Source: a virus | Taxonomy: Duplodnaviria > Caudoviricetes | Reading direction: 5' to 3' (one strand) | Length of the DNA: 64,000 nucleotides | IMG/VR virus record: IMGVR_UViG_3300038673_000220 | Coordinates: 1-64,000 of that record | Shown here: positions 61,501-64,000 of the stretch, one piece after another | How positions within the stretch are numbered: the stretch's first letter is position 1 | How the letters are laid out: each line of letters opens with the position of its first letter | The notes under the pieces: model-generated | Told to the model about the DNA's origin: nothing | The model's database searches: none | The model's input: the letters and a program-made list of their open reading frames with translations, nothing else | Translations under genes and position numbers: made by a program

Positions 61501-63547
61501 AGCAGTTCTTGACGCTACAAATGAATCGTTTACTTCTTCTATCTTAGCTGAAATCAATATTAACACTGCAAAGGTTGGTATCACTGTTCAGCAGGCTGCT
61601 GATATTGAAGCAAATAATTCTCATCGTTTAACTACGAGTGGTAATCCTCATGCTGTAACCAAAGCTGAAGTAGGTTTGGGTAATGTACCTAACTTAGATT
61701 TCAGTTCTGCTGTTGCTGCTAATACAGCTCACGCTAATACCGTTGCAGGTAATCCGCATCAGGTTACTAAAGCTGAAGTTGGTTTAGGTAATGTACCAAA
61801 TACTGACTTTACAGCTGATGTTGCTCTGAATAACGCTCATAGAACAACTACTACTGGTAATCCTCATCAAGTTACTAAAGCTGAAGTTGGGTTGGGTCTG
61901 GTACCGAATCATGATTTCACTGCTGAGGTTGCTGCCAATACTGCAAAGGTTGGTATCACCACTGAACAAGCTGCCGATATCGTTTCTAACAACGAGCATC
62001 GTGCAATCACCAGCGGTAATCCTCACGCTGTAACAAAAGAAGAAGTTGGTTTAGGTTTAGTACCAAACCACGACTTCACTGATGAAGTTAATGCTAATAC
62101 TGTATTGGCTCATAGTCATGCAAATAAACCTATTCTTGATGCTACAACCTCAGCCTTCACTACTGAACAAGCTGATGAAATCGTAGCATGTCATTCACAT
62201 CGTATTGATACAAGCACTAATCCTCACGGTATCACCCCGATCATGATCGGCGCTGAAACTCCAGAAGGTGCTCAAACTAAAGCTGACACTGCTGAGCATA
62301 ATGCTAATCTGTATACTGATAGCTTTGTTCTTCAATCTCCGAATTCTTTGTTATTTGAAGCTGCATTGAGAAACTCCTTGGCACTTGATAAGGGTGTTGG
62401 TATGATCAACTTCTCAAGAGCCTCTGTTGCAAATCATCTTGATCGTTACGGTATCGTTCGTGCTTCTGAAGCAAACGTTCCTCGTTTTAATAAAGATGGT
62501 TTGTTGATTGAAGGTCGGAGTACTAACTACTTTGTTGGATCTAAAGATGCTAACGTTTTTGATAAAACAAATTGTCGTGTTGAACTCAATAAACAATACG
62601 ATGCATCTTTTGAAGCTACTGTTGATATCATTTCGATCGATGTTCCTGCAACTGATTGGAAACTTTCAAAAGTTATCACTGACATGTATCTTGAAGAAGG
62701 TAAATACGTTACATTCAGTGTTCGTTTAAAATCTATCACTGATACCCAAGTTGAACTTGCTATTCAAGATTCTGCAGGTATCAACGTTGGGGATTTCGGT
62801 GGAACTAAAGTTATCACTCTGAATGAGTATCTGACTCGTTATGATTTCACTATATTCGTTGAAAACGCAACAACTGGTCATCCCGTTGTCGAGGTTCGTG
62901 GTTTAACGAAAACTGAAGGTGAAAGCTTCGGTATCGTCGATATGCAAGTTGAGCCTTTACCGTTCGTATCGAGTGTTATCGAAACTGTTGATGCGCCAGT
63001 TACTCGTGAACCTGATCGTGTTTATATTCCTTATGTTGAGAACTATCCTGGAAGCTTAGTTGATAAAACCATCAGCTTTGATGTAAATGTTATCGGTACT
63101 ACTGAAGATGTTCATCGTTGTTTCTGTTCTGGCGATCTTCAGATGTATATTGGTAACGGTACTCCTGGAAATCATATGACTCGTGTTGGTATGTCTTCTG
63201 GTGAAGAGACTGAATGGGTTGAGAAGATCGGTAAGTTCCGATTCGGTATCACCTATGATGCTACTTTACAGGAATTGAAGATGTTCCATGATGGTGAGAA
63301 AGTTGCAACGAAAACTAATGTAACTAAGGCTGATCCGCCTTTGGTTGATTCAACTTCTTATGATCAATTCCTTGCTGAAGTTTATCCAACTCTTGATCCT
63401 TCTTCTTATGGGTTAGCTATCTTACAGATCCCGCTTGATGTAATGCAAGCTACCATCCGTTTCGATACTGGTAATCCTTTTATGACTATCTCTAATATCA
63501 GGATCACTGACAAAGTGTTGACTGAGAAACAAATGCTTACTTTCTAA
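55508..63547 (+). CDS. giant repetitive tail or head fibre protein
   Basis: About 28 NPHxVTKAEVGL repeats, six WQELxTP...SVNGxTG modules, C-terminal lectin-like domain. Confidence 0.85.
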   Translation: MQPNIPIQYSTLREYIEAISGAQVTTLTQTVDANYATMMGLVNDLQTSIADIESLNANISANPDVVLNTSHRLTIAGNPHHVTKAEVGLSEVPNYDFTAEVQINNAKVGITQAQADAIIINSAKVGITVQQAADIISNNDHRAIVSGNPHQVTKAEVGLGNVPNIDCTNASNITSGILPTSVLPPLAITDTYSVANEAEQLALTVQKGDIAVRTDLSRSYINQTGGNEAMTDWQELMTPTDLVLSVNGYTGTIQLVTTDIPEGTNFYYTEARVSNNIDVATNTANRHTHGNKAILDATTASFTTEISNTIDLNSAHRETTVGNPHQVTKADVGLSNVPNHDFTDEVAANTAKVGITPEQAADIVAANVHRTTTSGNPHAVTKAEVGLGNVPNTDFTADVLANNAHRAIITGNPHQVTKAEVGLSNVPNHDFTAEVDANTAKVGITPEQADAIVANTAKVGITPEQAASIVASDAHIATVTGNPHQVTKAEVGLSEVPNVDCTNASNITTGTLPTSVLPALAISETFVVADETAQLALTVQKGDVAVRTDEGKSYINATGDNTAMTDWQELLTPTDTILSVNGQTGNVILTTTNIAEGTNLYYTEARVSANVDVALNTANRHNHTNKSILDGTEESFTTVLKNNILTNNDKVGITTEQADAIVANTAKVGITPQQTADIISNNTHRAIVSGNPHQVTKAEVGLGLVPNHDFTDEVDANTAHKNTITGNPHQVTKAEVGLGNVPNTDFTGDIAASNAHIATITGNPHQVTKAEVGLGLVPNHDFTAEVDANTAKVGITPEQAAAIVANTAHAAIVTGNPHQVTKAEVGLGNVLNIDTTNATNITSGMLPSSVLPPIAITDTYSVASEAEQLALDIQRGDIAVRTDINRSYINKLGVNEAMSDWQELLTPIDSVLSVNGFTGAVVLTTSSISEGTNLYYTEDRVINNVDVATNTANRHNHGNKAILDGTTASFTTEISNTIDLNSAHRSTITGNPHQVTKAEVGLSDVPNHDFTAEVAANTAKVGITPEQAASIVDANTHIATVTGNPHAVTKAEVGLGLVPNHDFTDEVNAATTHIATVTGNPHQVTKAEVGLSEVPNHDFTAEVAANTAKVGITQEQADAIVANTAKVGITVEQAASIVASDAHIATVTGNPHQVTKAEVGLSEVPNVDCTNASNITTGTLPTSVLPALAISETYVVADETEQLALTVQKGDIAVRSDLNRSYINSTGDNTAMTDWQELLTPTDTILTVNGQVGTVVLTTTNIEEGTNLYYTEARVSANADVAANTANRHNHANKAILDGTEESFTTVLRNNILTNNDKVGITTEQADAIVANTAKVGITAQQAADIVSNNTHRAIVTGNPHQVTKTEVGLSEVPNHDFTAEVNANTAHRGILEGNPHQVTKAEVGLSEVPNHDFTAEMLIALTHVETITGNPHQVTKAEVGLGSVPNHDFTAEVAANTAKVGITPEQAAAIVANTTHAAIVAGNPHHVTKAEVGLSEVPNVDCTNASNITTGTLPSSVLPAIAITETFVVSNELEQLSLDVQEGDIAVRSDLNRTFINITGTNNAMTDWQELATPTDTILSVNGQTGTVVLTTTNIDEGTNLYYTEARVSNNVDVAANTANRHNHANKAILDATTASYTTADVDTLAAADAHRLTTTGNPHQVTKAEVGLGNVPNLDFTLDIAASNAHIATVTGNPHQVTKAEVGLGLVPNHDFTAEVDANTAKVGITPEQAAAIVANSAKVGITPEQASDITSNNNHRLTVTGNPHNVTKAEVGLGSVPNHDFTAEVAANTAKVGITTQQAADIISNNEHRAIISGNPHQVTKAEVGLSDVPNHDFTAEVNANTAHTAIVAGNPHQVTKAEVGLGNVPNVDCTNASNITTGTLPSSVLPPLAITDTFVVADEAAQLALVVQKGDVAVRTDEGRSYINSTGDNTAMTDWQELLTPTDTILSVNGQTGTVVLTTTNVAEGTNLYYTEARVSANADVTLNTANRHNHTNKAVLDATNESFTSSILAEININTAKVGITVQQAADIEANNSHRLTTSGNPHAVTKAEVGLGNVPNLDFSSAVAANTAHANTVAGNPHQVTKAEVGLGNVPNTDFTADVALNNAHRTTTTGNPHQVTKAEVGLGLVPNHDFTAEVAANTAKVGITTEQAADIVSNNEHRAITSGNPHAVTKEEVGLGLVPNHDFTDEVNANTVLAHSHANKPILDATTSAFTTEQADEIVACHSHRIDTSTNPHGITPIMIGAETPEGAQTKADTAEHNANLYTDSFVLQSPNSLLFEAALRNSLALDKGVGMINFSRASVANHLDRYGIVRASEANVPRFNKDGLLIEGRSTNYFVGSKDANVFDKTNCRVELNKQYDASFEATVDIISIDVPATDWKLSKVITDMYLEEGKYVTFSVRLKSITDTQVELAIQDSAGINVGDFGGTKVITLNEYLTRYDFTIFVENATTGHPVVEVRGLTKTEGESFGIVDMQVEPLPFVSSVIETVDAPVTREPDRVYIPYVENYPGSLVDKTISFDVNVIGTTEDVHRCFCSGDLQMYIGNGTPGNHMTRVGMSSGEETEWVEKIGKFRFGITYDATLQELKMFHDGEKVATKTNVTKADPPLVDSTSYDQFLAEVYPTLDPSSYGLAILQIPLDVMQATIRFDTGNPFMTISNIRITDKVLTEKQMLTF
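55700..62250 (+). repeat. hierarchical coding tandem repeat (~1 kb super-unit)
   Basis: Many near-identical aatccgcatcaagttactaaagctgaagt and aatactgcaaaggttggtatcac units. Confidence 0.9.
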
Positions 63548-63569
63548 TACGTGATTTAAACTAGCAAAT

Positions 63570-63612
63570 AAAATCCACACAGGCACCTTGATTGGTGCCT
63601 GTGTGGATTTTT
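63570..63612 (+). terminator. intrinsic terminator
   Basis: 18-bp perfect stem. Confidence 0.85.
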
Positions 63613-63614
63613 AA

Positions 63615-63625
63615 ATATATATTAT
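63615..63625 (+). promoter_or_regulatory. promoter motif variant ATATATATTAT
   Basis: After a terminator, before an AAGGAG RBS. Confidence 0.6.
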
Positions 63626-63669
63626 TATACAGAATGATGTATATAATAGAACTTTCAAGGAGATATCCA

Positions 63670-64000
63670 ATGAGTATTGGTGAAATAGTAAAAGTAATGA
63701 CCGAGGATATGGTTGCAAATAATTGAGTGTGTATGGAGTTAGAAGATTTTGCATATACTACTTTTCATCATAAACCTAATAATACAGAGATATTAGTATA
63801 TTGTGGTGTAAAATACAAATCAGAATCTGAAATCGATAACTTATTCGCTGGAATAATACATACTTTGGTTGTTCATATAATCAAAAACGATTATCCTGAA
63901 GGTATTAATGTAAATAATTGGGTCAAATTCGAAAAGGTTCCAAATACTGATAAAGATCATGTTATGTATCGACAATATTTTAACGATCCTACGTTTGATA
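63670..64000 (+). pseudogene. 3'-truncated ORF with an in-frame TGA at codon 19
   Basis: AAGGAG RBS and ATG 63670; TGA at 63724-63726, after which the frame stays open to the window end. Confidence 0.5.

Noticed and set aside
55957-62739. Many antisense ORFs and periodic DNA repeats within the fibre gene (CRISPR-like periodicity)
   Set aside because: The repeats are in-frame coding units that vary at third positions; there are no unique spacers and no cas genes
1-64000. Genome-wide stop-codon reassignment (TGA or TAG)
   Set aside because: Long core genes are intact in the standard code, TGG is common, and ATGA stop/start overlaps show TGA acting as stop

Overview
AT-rich segment of a large lytic myovirus of the phiKZ-like (jumbo) lineage. 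Core genes recognisable from motifs and gene order: terminase large subunit, prohead protease, SbcC/Rad50 ATPase, a phiKZ gp082-type family B DNA polymerase (here broken into two ORFs), RuvC, ThyX, dNMP kinase, DnaB-like helicase, major capsid protein, UvsX/RecA, GH19 endolysin and a 2679-aa repetitive fibre. Accessory + strand clusters follow long hairpin terminators and a recurring ATATATAT(C/T)AT promoter-like motif. Main points of interest: (1) a PurZ-type (2-aminoadenine, Z-base) synthetase in a phiKZ-like phage; (2) two apparently identical TnpB-only IS200/IS605 elements with a deducible ATAT target motif, whose left junction rebuilds the phage promoter motif and whose copy-1 guide resembles other phage promoters; (3) a DNA polymerase gene split by a homing-endonuclease cassette with no visible intron or intein; (4) strong GATC/AGCT over-representation; (5) a ClpP plus ClpP-like pseudo-protease pair next to the prohead protease. 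phiKZ gene equivalences come from recalled motifs and gene order, not database searches. No tRNA, rRNA or CRISPR array was recognised. Neither the host nor a chimallin gene can be identified from this window.
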